Below are positions 9,576 through 19,962 of a stretch of 64,000 nt of DNA, one piece after another; the first letter of the stretch is position 1; every line of letters begins with the position of its first letter. Position numbers and translations under genes: made by a program. The notes beneath the pieces are model-generated. The model was not told where the DNA came from, did no database searches, and saw only the letters and a list, made by a program, of their open reading frames with translations. The stretch is from Alphaproteobacteria bacterium (GTDB lineage Bacteria > Pseudomonadota > Alphaproteobacteria > CALKHQ01), in contig CBDDFZ010000002.1 of assembly GCA_965227515.1 (NCBI GenBank), positions 608,001-672,000 on the forward strand. The letters are read 5' to 3'.

Positions 9576-9583
9576 ATGGTTAA
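9576..9583 (-). promoter_or_regulatory. TTAACCAT CtrA-type half-site upstream of the 1123 aa gene
   Basis: Plus strand reads ATGGTTAA (minus TTAACCAT, continuing into a CATAAT -10-like hexamer), about 95 bp upstream of the ATG at 9481. Confidence 0.35.
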
Positions 9584-9589
9584 TGCGTG

Positions 9590-10471
9590 TCAGTGCCGGT
9601 CCTGGCGCAGATAGACGCGGCCCAGCGCGGCCGGCTCGTCGTCATTGCGGCGGTGGCGCAGGCCGGCGACCACCAGCACGCCGAGGGTCGCGATATAGGG
9701 CAGCATGGTCAGCAGGTAGACCGGCACATCCTCGCCCGAGGCCTGCAGGCGCGGCACCACCGCCTCGATAGCGCCGAACAGCAGCGCGCCGGACAATGCC
9801 AGCATCGGCCGCCAGCGCGCGAAGATGACCAGCCCGACCGCGATCCAGCCACGGCCCTGGGTCATGCCCTCGACCCAGACCTGGCTCGACGCGATGGAAA
9901 TGAAGCCGCCGCCCAGCCCGCAGAGCGCGCCGCCAGCCAGCACGGCCAGGAAACGCCGCCCCTGCACGCCGATGCCGATGGCGTCGGCCGCCGCCGGATC
10001 CTCGCCAACCGCGCGCAGCCTGAGCCCGGCCCGGGTCCGGTTCAGCCACCAGGCGAGGCCGACGGTCAGTAACAGCGCCAGCACGACGTCGATGCCCTGG
10101 CCCAGCACCAGGTCGGGCAGGCCGGGCAGCGGTGCGTTGGTGATCTCGCGGCCGATCAGCCCGGTCAGCCCGTAGCCGAGCGCGACCAGGATCAGCCCGG
10201 TCACCACCTGCTCGGTGCGGAACACCACCACGGCGACACCGAACACCGCCGACAGCAGCAGCCCGCCGACGGGGGCTGCGGCCAGCCCCAGCCATGCCGA
10301 ATTGGTCTCCAGGCAGACCAGGGCGCCGGTCATGGCGCCGCACAGCATCATGCCTTCCGAGCCCAGATTGAGGATGCCCGCACGCTCGTTGACGATCAGG
10401 CCCAGGGCGGCGACCAGCAGCGGTGCGGCATAGCCTGGCGTGGCGGCGATCCAGTTGATCAGGAAGTCCAT
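9590..10471 (-). CDS. ABC transporter permease (nucleoside/BMP-associated)
   Basis: ERAGILNLGSEGMML, GLRLRAVGE, GRGWIAVGLVIFARW and PAALG motifs; highly hydrophobic. Confidence 0.93.
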   Translation of the reverse strand: MDFLINWIAATPGYAAPLLVAALGLIVNERAGILNLGSEGMMLCGAMTGALVCLETNSAWLGLAAAPVGGLLLSAVFGVAVVVFRTEQVVTGLILVALGYGLTGLIGREITNAPLPGLPDLVLGQGIDVVLALLLTVGLAWWLNRTRAGLRLRAVGEDPAAADAIGIGVQGRRFLAVLAGGALCGLGGGFISIASSQVWVEGMTQGRGWIAVGLVIFARWRPMLALSGALLFGAIEAVVPRLQASGEDVPVYLLTMLPYIATLGVLVVAGLRHRRNDDEPAALGRVYLRQDRH

Positions 10472-11534
10472 TCAGCCGGCCCTCGGATGTGCCACGTGCA
10501 CGCGATAGCGGGCGGCGAAGTCGACCACCACGACGCTGAGCAGGATCACTGCCTCCAGCACCTGGATGACCGCCAGCGGCAGTTGGTAGAACGCCTTCAG
10601 TGCGTCGCCGGAGACATAGACGCCCGCCAGCACCAGCCCCACCGGCAGCACCGCCACCGGGTTCAGCCGGGCCAGAAGCGCGATCAGGATGGCGCTGAAC
10701 GTCAGGTCGCCGGCGATGTGCTGGGTGAGCCGGTATTCCTGTCCGGCGACGATGACGGCACCGGTCAGCCCGCCGAGCGCGCCGGACAGCCCGACGCCGA
10801 CCAAGAGTGTGGTGACCACCGGCACGCCAGCCCCCTTGGCCGCGCGCGGGTTCTCGCCGACGGCCGCCGCCTGCAGGCCGAAGCGGGTGAACTGCAGCAG
10901 CGCCAGCACCACGACGGCGGCGCCGAGCGCGATCCACAGCCCACTGTGCACATGGCCGTAGCCGATCCTGAGCAGGCGCTCGAACGGGTCGTCGAATTGC
11001 GGCGAGATCGGAAACCCGGTCGCCGGGTCGCGCCACGGCACATAGAGCAATTGCTGCGCGGTCTGATAGGCGATGTAGGTCAGCATCAGGGTCGACACCA
11101 CTTCGCTGACGCCGAGCTTGATCTTCAAGAGTGCCGGGATGCCGATCCACACCGCGCCGGCCAGAGCGCCCGCCACCAGCATCAGCCCCAGCCGCCATGA
11201 CGGGTTGCCGATATCGTCGATGGCGATCCAGCTCGCGACGATGGCGCCGATCCAGGCCTGGCCGTCGACACCGATGTTCCAGAACTTGAGCCGGAGCGCC
11301 AGCACCGCGCCCAGGCCGACCAGACACAACGAGATCGCGCGGGTCAGCGCCTGGGAGAAGCCGCTGTCGGTGGTGAAGACGTAGAGCACGAACTCGTCGA
11401 GCATCGCGCCCGGCCCGACCCCACTGAGCGCGAGGATGGCCATCGCCAGCGCGAGGCCGAGGGCGACCCCCGCCGCCAGTACAACCGCTTGCCGGCGCAG
11501 CGATATGTGCTGGCGCGCGGTGAGGGTGAGGCGA

Positions 11535-11542
<8 letters not shown>
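10472..11542 (-). CDS. ABC transporter permease (nucleoside/BMP-associated)
   Basis: WNIGVDGQ, SEVVSTLML and VGENPRAAKGAG motifs; translationally coupled to its neighbours. Confidence 0.93.
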
Positions 11543-13055
<1,513 letters not shown>

Positions 13056-13106
13056 GGGCAGCGGGCCACGGGCAATACCTACCGCATCAACGCACCCTTG
13101 CAGCCC

Positions 13107-14195
13107 CTATTCGGGGATGGTGCCGGTGATGCCCTCGACCAGGTAGTCCATGCCCCACAGCCCACCGTCGTCCAGGCTGGCGCCGTCCTCGACCACCACG
13201 GTGCCGTCCTGCTTCACCACCGGGCCGTCGAACGGGGTGGCGGAGCCGTCGGCGAACGCTGCCCGCCGGGCCATGATCGCCTCGGCCACGTCCGCCGGCA
13301 CCGCCTCGTGCAGCGGCGTGATGTCGGCGGTGCCGTATTCCAGGCCCACCAGCGGCAGGCCCTGGCTTTCCCAATTGCCGGCCGAGATCGCCTCGACCAC
13401 CGGGGTGAAATAGGTGTCCCAGTTGAAGATCACCGACGTCAGGTGCTTGGTGGGGGCCGCGACGCTCATGTCGTTCTGGAACCCGATCGACCAGATGCCG
13501 GCTTCCTCCGCCGCCACCATCGGCGCGGTGGACGACAGGTTGGTCGCCAGCACGTCGGCGCCCTGTTCCAGGATCGCGTCGGCCGCCTGACGTTCCTTCA
13601 CCGGGTCGTACCAGGTGTTGAGGAAGGTCACGATGACCTCGACATCGGGGTTGGTCTCCTGGGCGCCGCGCGCGAAGGCGTTGATGTCCCAGTTCACCAC
13701 CGAGACCGGGAAGCCGGCGATGATGCCGATGGTGCCTGCCTCGGTCATTGCGCCGGCGGCCATGCCGGCCAGGTACCAGGGCTGATAGGTGCGGGCGTAG
13801 AAGGTTTCCAGGTTCGCGGCGGCGGTCTCGCCGGCCACGTTCAGGAACGCGATGTTCGGATATTCCGCCGCCAACTCGACCAGGCCGTCGCCAAAGCCGT
13901 AGCTGGTGCCGATGATGATGTTGTAGCCACGGCTGAGGAAAATCTCGGCAGCCTGGCGCACCGCCTCGCTGGTCTCCTCGACGTTCTCGACAAAGGCCGC
14001 CTCCATGCCCAGGGCTTCCTGCATGCCCAGCCGGCCACGGTCCAGCGCCTCGGTCCAGCCGCCGTCATTGGTGGCCGAGTAGTAGAGGAAGGCGACCTTG
14101 GGCTCGTCCTCCAGCGTCACTTGCGCGTGCGCGGCGGCGCCAAAGCCAGCAAGTGCCAGGCTCAGCCCGGCGGCGATCATCCATCGCGATGTCAT
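13107..14195 (-). CDS. BMP family ABC transporter substrate-binding protein
   Basis: Signal peptide AAAHA-Q; NDGGWT, IIIGTSYGF, YLAGMAAG, INAFARGA and WYDPVKE motifs. Confidence 0.93.
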   Translation of the reverse strand: MTSRWMIAAGLSLALAGFGAAAHAQVTLEDEPKVAFLYYSATNDGGWTEALDRGRLGMQEALGMEAAFVENVEETSEAVRQAAEIFLSRGYNIIIGTSYGFGDGLVELAAEYPNIAFLNVAGETAAANLETFYARTYQPWYLAGMAAGAMTEAGTIGIIAGFPVSVVNWDINAFARGAQETNPDVEVIVTFLNTWYDPVKERQAADAILEQGADVLATNLSSTAPMVAAEEAGIWSIGFQNDMSVAAPTKHLTSVIFNWDTYFTPVVEAISAGNWESQGLPLVGLEYGTADITPLHEAVPADVAEAIMARRAAFADGSATPFDGPVVKQDGTVVVEDGASLDDGGLWGMDYLVEGITGTIPE

Positions 14196-14231
14196 CAGTG
14201 TTCCCCTCGTTGCCTGTTACACCCTGCTTGA

Positions 14232-14247
14232 AGCAACTCATATGCCA
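14232..14247 (-). promoter_or_regulatory. sigma54 (-24/-12) promoter for the BMP/ABC operon
   Basis: Minus strand TGGCATATGAGTTGCT matches TGGCAC-N5-TTGCW with exact GG-N10-GC spacing, about 36 bp upstream of the ATG. Confidence 0.75.
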
Positions 14248-14306
14248 GCGTTCGTGACCACGCAACGGACCTTCGCCCGAAATGGACGCCGGCGCCGGGC
14301 GGCCGT

Positions 14307-14322
14307 TGGCGCGGCATTTGCT
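14307..14322 (+). promoter_or_regulatory. sigma54 (-24/-12) promoter for the oxygenase operon
   Basis: Plus strand TGGCGCGGCATTTGCT, GG-N10-GC with TTGCT, about 83 bp upstream of the ATG at 14406. Confidence 0.6.
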
Positions 14323-14405
14323 GCGCCAGTGCTTGCATGGCGGCGGGGCCGGCGTATCCTGTCGCCGGATCGCTGGGACGACTGTGAGACGATGGGGGTC
14401 TGGAC

Positions 14406-15359
14406 ATGAGCGCGCCCGAGACATTGCCGGTCATCGACATCTCCGGCCTGCGCGGCGGCTCGGCCGAGGCGCGGCGCGAGGTGGCGCGGCAGATCGACAG
14501 TGCCTGCCGCTCGACCGGGTTCTTCTACATCAGCGGCCACGGCGTGCCGCAGGCGGCGATTGACGGCCTGGTCGCGGCGGGCCGCAGCTTCTTCGCCAAG
14601 CCGCTGGACGAGAAGATGGTAGTGTCCAGCGAGAAGTCGGAGCACTGGCGGGGGTATGTGCCGCTGTGCTCCGAGGAGCACAATCCCGGCCACGGCAAGG
14701 ACTGGCACGAGGCGCTGGACTTCGGCCGCGAGCCCCGTCCCGGCGAGCCGCCGAGCGCGGACTTCTACGGCCCCAACCAGTGGCCGGAGGACGCGCCCGG
14801 CCTGCGTGCGGCGGTGGACACCTATTACGCCGCCATGCTGGGGCTGGCGAACGACCTGCTGCGCGGCTTCGCGCTGGCGCTGAAGCTGGACGAGGACTGG
14901 TTCCTGCCCAAGTTCGACTGGGCGGCCGGCTGGCTGCGCCTGCTGCACTACCCGCCGCAACCCGACGGCGGCAGCGATGAAGGCATCGGCACCGGCGAGC
15001 ACACCGACTATGACGCCTTCACCATCCTGTGGCAGGACGGGAACGGCGGGCTGGAAGTGCATCCGCTGGGCGGCGACTGGATATCCGCGCCGCCGATCCC
15101 CGGCACCTTCGTCATCAACATCGCCAACCTGATGCAGCGCTGGACCAACGACGAGTACAAATCGACCCTGCATCGCGCGGTGAACCGCTCCGGCGTCGAG
15201 CGCACCTCGATCCCGTTCTTCCTCAACGCCAACCCGGAGACGGTGGTGGAATGCGTGCCGACCTGCACGCCGGCCAAGCACCCGCCGATCACCGCCGCCG
15301 AGCACGTGCGCGCCCGGGTGCTGGAGTCGCAACCCTTCCGCGAGACCGCCGCCGAGTAA
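14406..15359 (+). CDS. 2OG-Fe(II) oxygenase, isopenicillin N synthase-like family (copy 1)
   Basis: LPVIDIS, GFFYISGHGV, GPNQWP, LRLLHYP, HTDY, distal HRA and RTS motifs. Confidence 0.93.
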   Translation: MSAPETLPVIDISGLRGGSAEARREVARQIDSACRSTGFFYISGHGVPQAAIDGLVAAGRSFFAKPLDEKMVVSSEKSEHWRGYVPLCSEEHNPGHGKDWHEALDFGREPRPGEPPSADFYGPNQWPEDAPGLRAAVDTYYAAMLGLANDLLRGFALALKLDEDWFLPKFDWAAGWLRLLHYPPQPDGGSDEGIGTGEHTDYDAFTILWQDGNGGLEVHPLGGDWISAPPIPGTFVINIANLMQRWTNDEYKSTLHRAVNRSGVERTSIPFFLNANPETVVECVPTCTPAKHPPITAAEHVRARVLESQPFRETAAE

Positions 15360-16366
15360 TGAGCCCGTCGCTTGCCAGGCCCGCCGCGGCCGACGAGATC
15401 CCGGTCATCGATATCGCGCCGCTGATCGCGGGTGACGCCGGCGCCGACGATGTGGTCGCCGAGATCGGGGAGGCGTGCCGCCGCATCGGGTTCTTCGCCG
15501 TCACCGGCCATGGCGTGCCGGCGGAAACCTTGGCCGCCACCGATGCCTGCACCCGCGCCTTCTTCGACCTGCCGCTGGCCGACAAGATGGCGCTGGCGAT
15601 CGAGCTGTCGCCGCACAATCGCGGCTACATCCCGCTGAAGGGCGAGCGCCTGAACAAGGACCGCGCCCACGACGCCAAGGAGGCGTTCAATATCGGGCTC
15701 GACCTCACCGCCGACGACCCGGAGGTGATGGCCGGCAAGCGCTTTCGCGGGCTGAACGTATGGCCGCACCTGCCGGGCTGGCGCGAGGCGATCCTGGACT
15801 ATTTCGACCGCTGCTCGGCGCTGGGGCTGGCGCTGCTGTCGGCCTTCGCCCGCGACCTGGGCGCGCCGCCCGAGCGCTTCGCCGACGATATGGAAAAGCC
15901 CTCGGCGACGCTCCGCCTGCTGCGCTACCCGCCGCAGCCCAATGCCGCCGCGCGCCCGGGCGATGCCGACACCATCGGCGCCGGCGAGCACACCGACTAC
16001 GGCGCGTTGACCTTGCTGCTGCAGCTCGACGGCGGTGGGCTGGAGGTGCGGCGCCGCGACGGTGCGTGGGTGCAGGTGCCGGTGGTGCCGGGCAGCTTCG
16101 TCTGCAACATCGGCGAGTGCATCATGCGGGCGAGCAACGACACCTATGTGGCGACGCCGCACCGGGTGGTGTCGCGGTCGCCGGAGGAGCGGCATTCCAT
16201 CGCCTTCTTCTTCGACCCGAACCCCGATGCCACCATCCAGCCGCTCGACGCCTGCGTCGACGCGAACAACCCGGCGCACTATCCGCCGGTGCCGTTCGGC
16301 GATTTGCTCGCCTCCCGCCTCGATCCCACCTACGACTGGTCGGAAAGGGTTGTCGGCGGTGGCTGA
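15359..16366 (+). CDS. 2OG-Fe(II) oxygenase, isopenicillin N synthase-like family (copy 2)
   Basis: TAATG stop/start overlap; IPVIDI, GFFAVTGHGV, LRLLRYP, HTDY, HRV and RHS motifs. Confidence 0.93.
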   Translation: MSPSLARPAAADEIPVIDIAPLIAGDAGADDVVAEIGEACRRIGFFAVTGHGVPAETLAATDACTRAFFDLPLADKMALAIELSPHNRGYIPLKGERLNKDRAHDAKEAFNIGLDLTADDPEVMAGKRFRGLNVWPHLPGWREAILDYFDRCSALGLALLSAFARDLGAPPERFADDMEKPSATLRLLRYPPQPNAAARPGDADTIGAGEHTDYGALTLLLQLDGGGLEVRRRDGAWVQVPVVPGSFVCNIGECIMRASNDTYVATPHRVVSRSPEERHSIAFFFDPNPDATIQPLDACVDANNPAHYPPVPFGDLLASRLDPTYDWSERVVGGG

Positions 16367-16367
16367 T

Positions 16368-17351
16368 ATGAGCGCGGCTGACACCGTCCCGGTCATCGAC
16401 ATCGCCGGACTGGACAGCGCCGACCCGGCGGATCGCCAGGCGGTGGCCGACCGGATCGGGGCAGCCTGCCGCGACATCGGTTTCTTCTACATCACCGGCC
16501 ATGGCGTGCCGGAGAAGCTGGTGGACGAAGCCAGGGCCGCGGCGGAGGCGTTCTTCGGCCTGCCGGTGGAGGAGAAGTGCGCGGTGCACATGCGCAATGC
16601 GCCGAACCATCGCGGCTACGTGCCGGTGAACGAAGAGATCATCGACGCCGCCGCGGGCCACGAGCCCCGCGAGGCGATCGACTTCGGTGTCGAGCGCGCG
16701 CCAGACGACCCGGTGACCATGGCCGAGCCGCGCTTCCATGGCCCGAACCAGTGGCCGGCGCGCCCGGCCGGTTTGCGCCCGGCGGTGGAGGCCTATCTGG
16801 ACGCGATGCTGGTGCTGAGCCGCAGGCTGGCGCGCGGGTTCGCGCTGGCGCTCGACATGCCCGAGGATTTCTTCGCCAGCCGCATGAACCACCCGCACGC
16901 GCTGCTGCGCCTGCAGCGCTATCCGGCGCCGGAGACCGAGCGCGACCGCGCGGCGTTCGGCATCGGCGCGCACTCCGACTACGAGTGCTACACCGTGCTG
17001 TGGCAGGACACCTGTGGCGGTCTTGAGTTGCTGAACGCGGCTGGCGAATGGGTGCCGGCGCCGCCGCGCGCGGGCACGTTCGTGGTCAACATCGGCGACC
17101 TGATGGCGCGCTGGTCGAACGACCGCTTCAAGTCCACCCAGCACCGCGCCAAGAACGTGGACCCGACCCGCAGCCGGTTCTCGATTCCCTGCTTCCTGGG
17201 GCCGGACTACGAGACGCTGGTCGAATGCCTGCCGACCTGCTGCGGCCCCGACGACCCGCCGCGCTATCCGCCGGTGGAGGCGGGCGCCTATGTGCACAGC
17301 CGGCTGAGCGACACCTTCGCCTACCTGAAGACCGGTGCTGCTGAGCACTGA
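16368..17351 (+). CDS. 2OG-Fe(II) oxygenase, isopenicillin N synthase-like family (copy 3)
   Basis: ATG 1 bp after the previous stop; VPVIDI, GFFYITGHGV, GPNQWP, HSDY, HRA and RFS motifs. Confidence 0.93.
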   Translation: MSAADTVPVIDIAGLDSADPADRQAVADRIGAACRDIGFFYITGHGVPEKLVDEARAAAEAFFGLPVEEKCAVHMRNAPNHRGYVPVNEEIIDAAAGHEPREAIDFGVERAPDDPVTMAEPRFHGPNQWPARPAGLRPAVEAYLDAMLVLSRRLARGFALALDMPEDFFASRMNHPHALLRLQRYPAPETERDRAAFGIGAHSDYECYTVLWQDTCGGLELLNAAGEWVPAPPRAGTFVVNIGDLMARWSNDRFKSTQHRAKNVDPTRSRFSIPCFLGPDYETLVECLPTCCGPDDPPRYPPVEAGAYVHSRLSDTFAYLKTGAAEH

Positions 17352-17443
17352 ACTTGCCTCTGCAAGGTCGGTCGCAGGATTGTCGCCACAATCGCCGATA
17401 TACTGCGCTCAGGATCGTATTCCAGACAGAGGGATTTTTCAGG

Positions 17444-17716
17444 ATGCACGCCATTGCCAAGACGATCGCCATCGCGGCGGGTCTGACTGCCGTTTCCGCC
17501 GCCGCCATGGCCGCCGACCTGGAGAACCATGACGACGTCAGCTACGACATCCGGATCATAGACGGCGCGACGACCCACACCTCGATCTCCAGCAACACCA
17601 CCCGCGTCAGCGTGTGCTCGAGCTGCACCATCGAGATCGACGGCATCGGTGCGGTCGAAGTGGACTCCTCTGTCGACGCCGTCATCATCGAGGATGGCGA
17701 GGTCTACACCGAATAG
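17444..17716 (+). CDS. small secreted beta-rich protein with CxxC
   Basis: 90 aa; signal peptide ending AAMA-A; VCSSCTI; GC3-biased codons. Confidence 0.75.
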   Translation: MHAIAKTIAIAAGLTAVSAAAMAADLENHDDVSYDIRIIDGATTHTSISSNTTRVSVCSSCTIEIDGIGAVEVDSSVDAVIIEDGEVYTE

Positions 17717-17856
17717 TCGGTGACCCGTCCGAACTGCGGCGGCAAACACGGCGCCATCACCGGCGCGACACACAAACGTAAATGCGCTTGTGTGGCGTAG
17801 GGACGGGTGTGTGTGCCAGATGCGTGCGTGCAACACGAACGCAGGAGACTCCCCCC

Positions 17857-18261
17857 ATGCCACGCACGCCGCTGACCGTTGGCGCCATCGTCGCCGCACT
17901 CTTGGCCGCCGCACTCCTGGCGGCCGCATCTGCCCACGCCGAGGACGACATCGTTGCCGAAGGCACCTTCGCGGGTGCCAGCGGCCACGACACCCGAGGC
18001 GCGGTCACGATCCAGCGGACCGAAGACGGCCTTGTCGTCATATTGGGCGAGGATTTCTTCCATGACGGCGCGCCCGATCCGCGTGTCGGGCTGGGCGTTG
18101 ACGGCGCCTACGACGAGGCCAGCGACATGGGCGCCCTGGAGCAATTGGCCGGCACCCAGACCTATGTCGTGCCGGATGGCGTCGAAGCTGACGCCTACGA
18201 CGAGGTCTACATCTGGTGTCGCCAATACAGCGTGCCGCTGGGTGTCGCTGCCATTGAGTAG
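17857..18261 (+). CDS. DM13 domain-containing secreted protein
   Basis: AGGAG RBS, signal peptide, GTF..H...G.V, DGAPDP, GTQTYVVP and VYIWCRQYSVPLG, all characteristic of DM13. Confidence 0.88.
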   Translation: MPRTPLTVGAIVAALLAAALLAAASAHAEDDIVAEGTFAGASGHDTRGAVTIQRTEDGLVVILGEDFFHDGAPDPRVGLGVDGAYDEASDMGALEQLAGTQTYVVPDGVEADAYDEVYIWCRQYSVPLGVAAIE

Positions 18262-18290
18262 TACCAACGCAGTATATTCCTGACCTTTGC

Positions 18291-18403
18291 CGTCATTGCG
18301 AGGAGCGCCTGTTACGGCGCGACGCGGCAATCCAGAGCATCGTGTCCAACGTCACATCAATCGCCTGGATCGCCACGCCCGCTGAAGCGGGTTCGCGATG
18401 ACG
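18291..18403. repeat. palindromic intergenic element (alphaproteobacterial RPE/REP-like)
   Basis: CGTCATTGCGA...TCGCGATGACG outer stem, GCGGCAATCCAG...CTGGATCGCCAC inner stem and two side hairpins; lies between convergent genes. Confidence 0.8.
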
Positions 18404-18528
18404 CCTCAAGTGATAGAATGTTCAGCGAATATTGCCGTTGGTATGAGACCAAGAGACACATCTCGCCCCACTGGTCTTCGTCAACACAGCTAGCGCGCGT
18501 CGCCTGGGCGCTTCGTTGTGCCGCCAAT

Positions 18529-19962
18529 TCAAGCGGCGGACGACAGCGCCACCATCCGTGCGCGCATGGCCGCCACCGGGCCGGACCAGTCCAGCAGGGC
18601 GTCCGGCCGGTCGAACACCTCCACTGACGAGAACCATGGCCGGCGGCCGGTGCCGAGCGCGGTCCAGTCGGACTGCGGTGCGAGCCGCCAGGTCCTGACG
18701 CCGAGCGCGCCGGCCAGTTCGCCGACCGAGGTGCCGACCGAGATCACAAGGTCGAGGCCCGCGATCAGGCCGGCGAGGCCCTCCAGGTCGTCGTAGACGT
18801 CCAGTCCCGGCATCTGGTGGAGGGTGAAACCTTGCCGCGCCGCGATGGCAACCGCGCTGTCCTCGCCGGTGCCGGTGTCGCGCTGCAGCGAAACGACGGC
18901 GAGACCGGGCAGCGACAGCACCGGCGCCAGTGCGGCCAGGTCGGCATAGACCAGGTTGCGGGTGGAATCGCGCTTGGCGCTCTGCCAGCAGACGCCGACC
19001 TTCATGCCGTCCAGACCGGCCAGCCAGGCGTCGGCCTCGGCGTGCCGGCGCGGATCGGGGCGGAGGTAGCCGCCGGACCCCGCGAACGCATCCATCGTCG
19101 GTCGCAGATGGCCAGGCAGGCTGCCGATGCCGGTCCAGGCCGCGATCGGGCCGAAATCGTCGGTCCATGGGAAGCGCTGGGCGGCGGGCTGTCCGTAGTC
19201 CGCACCGGCATGCCGCGCCACCACCTGCGCATTGGGAAAGGCGCGGGCAAACAGGCCATGCAGTTTCGGGCCGCATTCCAGCACGACCCGGTCGATGCGC
19301 GCCAACAGGTCGGGCACGCACGATGCGAACATCAACTCGTCGCCCAGGCCCTGCTCGCTCCACACCGCCAGCGCGCCAGCCGCTAACGGGCCGCCATCCC
19401 ACCGGGGACCGTCCAGGGGGACCCGGCGGGTCGTGCGCTGCTGCCGCCATTCATAGGCCGGCCAGCCGGCGGCGAGGTCGCCGCAACGCAGCAGGTGGAG
19501 CGCGTGGTTGGTGCGGATATCGGCGTCGTCAGGCGCCAGGGCGAGGGCCGCGCGATACGCCGCGGCCGCGCCGCCATCGTCGTTCAGGCAGACCAGCGCG
19601 TTGCCCAGGTTCGAGCGCACCGTCGCGTTGTCGGGCTGGAGTTCGGCCGCCGTGCGATAGCAGTCGGCGGCGTCTGCGACCGCGCCCATCGCCATCAGGC
19701 TCAGGCCGCGACCGTTCCAACTGTCGGCATGGGCGGGGTCGGCCTGCACGGCTTCGGCGAACAGCTCGGCGGCGCGCGCCGGTGCGTCGGCCCTGCGTTG
19801 CTGCTCGCCAAGCACGTAGAGCGCGCGGGCGAGCGTGGAGGCAACATTCTCGTCGTCCGGCGCCAAGCGGCGGGCAGTGCGCAGCGGCGCGACGGCCTTG
19901 GCCACATTGCCGTCGGCGAGATACCCGCGTGCCAGTTCCTGGAACGTCTGCGCCGCGCTCAC
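18529..19962 (-). CDS. TPR-repeat protein with C-terminal GT-B glycosyltransferase-like domain
   Basis: GTGA overlap start; several TPRs (WNGRGLSL, SNLGNAL); GWPAYEWR, WSEQGLGDELMF, VGVCWQS and LDLVISVGTSVGELAGALG. Confidence 0.85.
   Translation of the reverse strand: MSAAQTFQELARGYLADGNVAKAVAPLRTARRLAPDDENVASTLARALYVLGEQQRRADAPARAAELFAEAVQADPAHADSWNGRGLSLMAMGAVADAADCYRTAAELQPDNATVRSNLGNALVCLNDDGGAAAAYRAALALAPDDADIRTNHALHLLRCGDLAAGWPAYEWRQQRTTRRVPLDGPRWDGGPLAAGALAVWSEQGLGDELMFASCVPDLLARIDRVVLECGPKLHGLFARAFPNAQVVARHAGADYGQPAAQRFPWTDDFGPIAAWTGIGSLPGHLRPTMDAFAGSGGYLRPDPRRHAEADAWLAGLDGMKVGVCWQSAKRDSTRNLVYADLAALAPVLSLPGLAVVSLQRDTGTGEDSAVAIAARQGFTLHQMPGLDVYDDLEGLAGLIAGLDLVISVGTSVGELAGALGVRTWRLAPQSDWTALGTGRRPWFSSVEVFDRPDALLDWSGPVAAMRARMVALSSAA

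Noticed and set aside
15029-15358. N-terminal extensions of oxygenases 2 and 3 in the ORF track
   Set aside because: They overlap the preceding genes; coupled starts at 15359 and 16368 match the family N-terminus.
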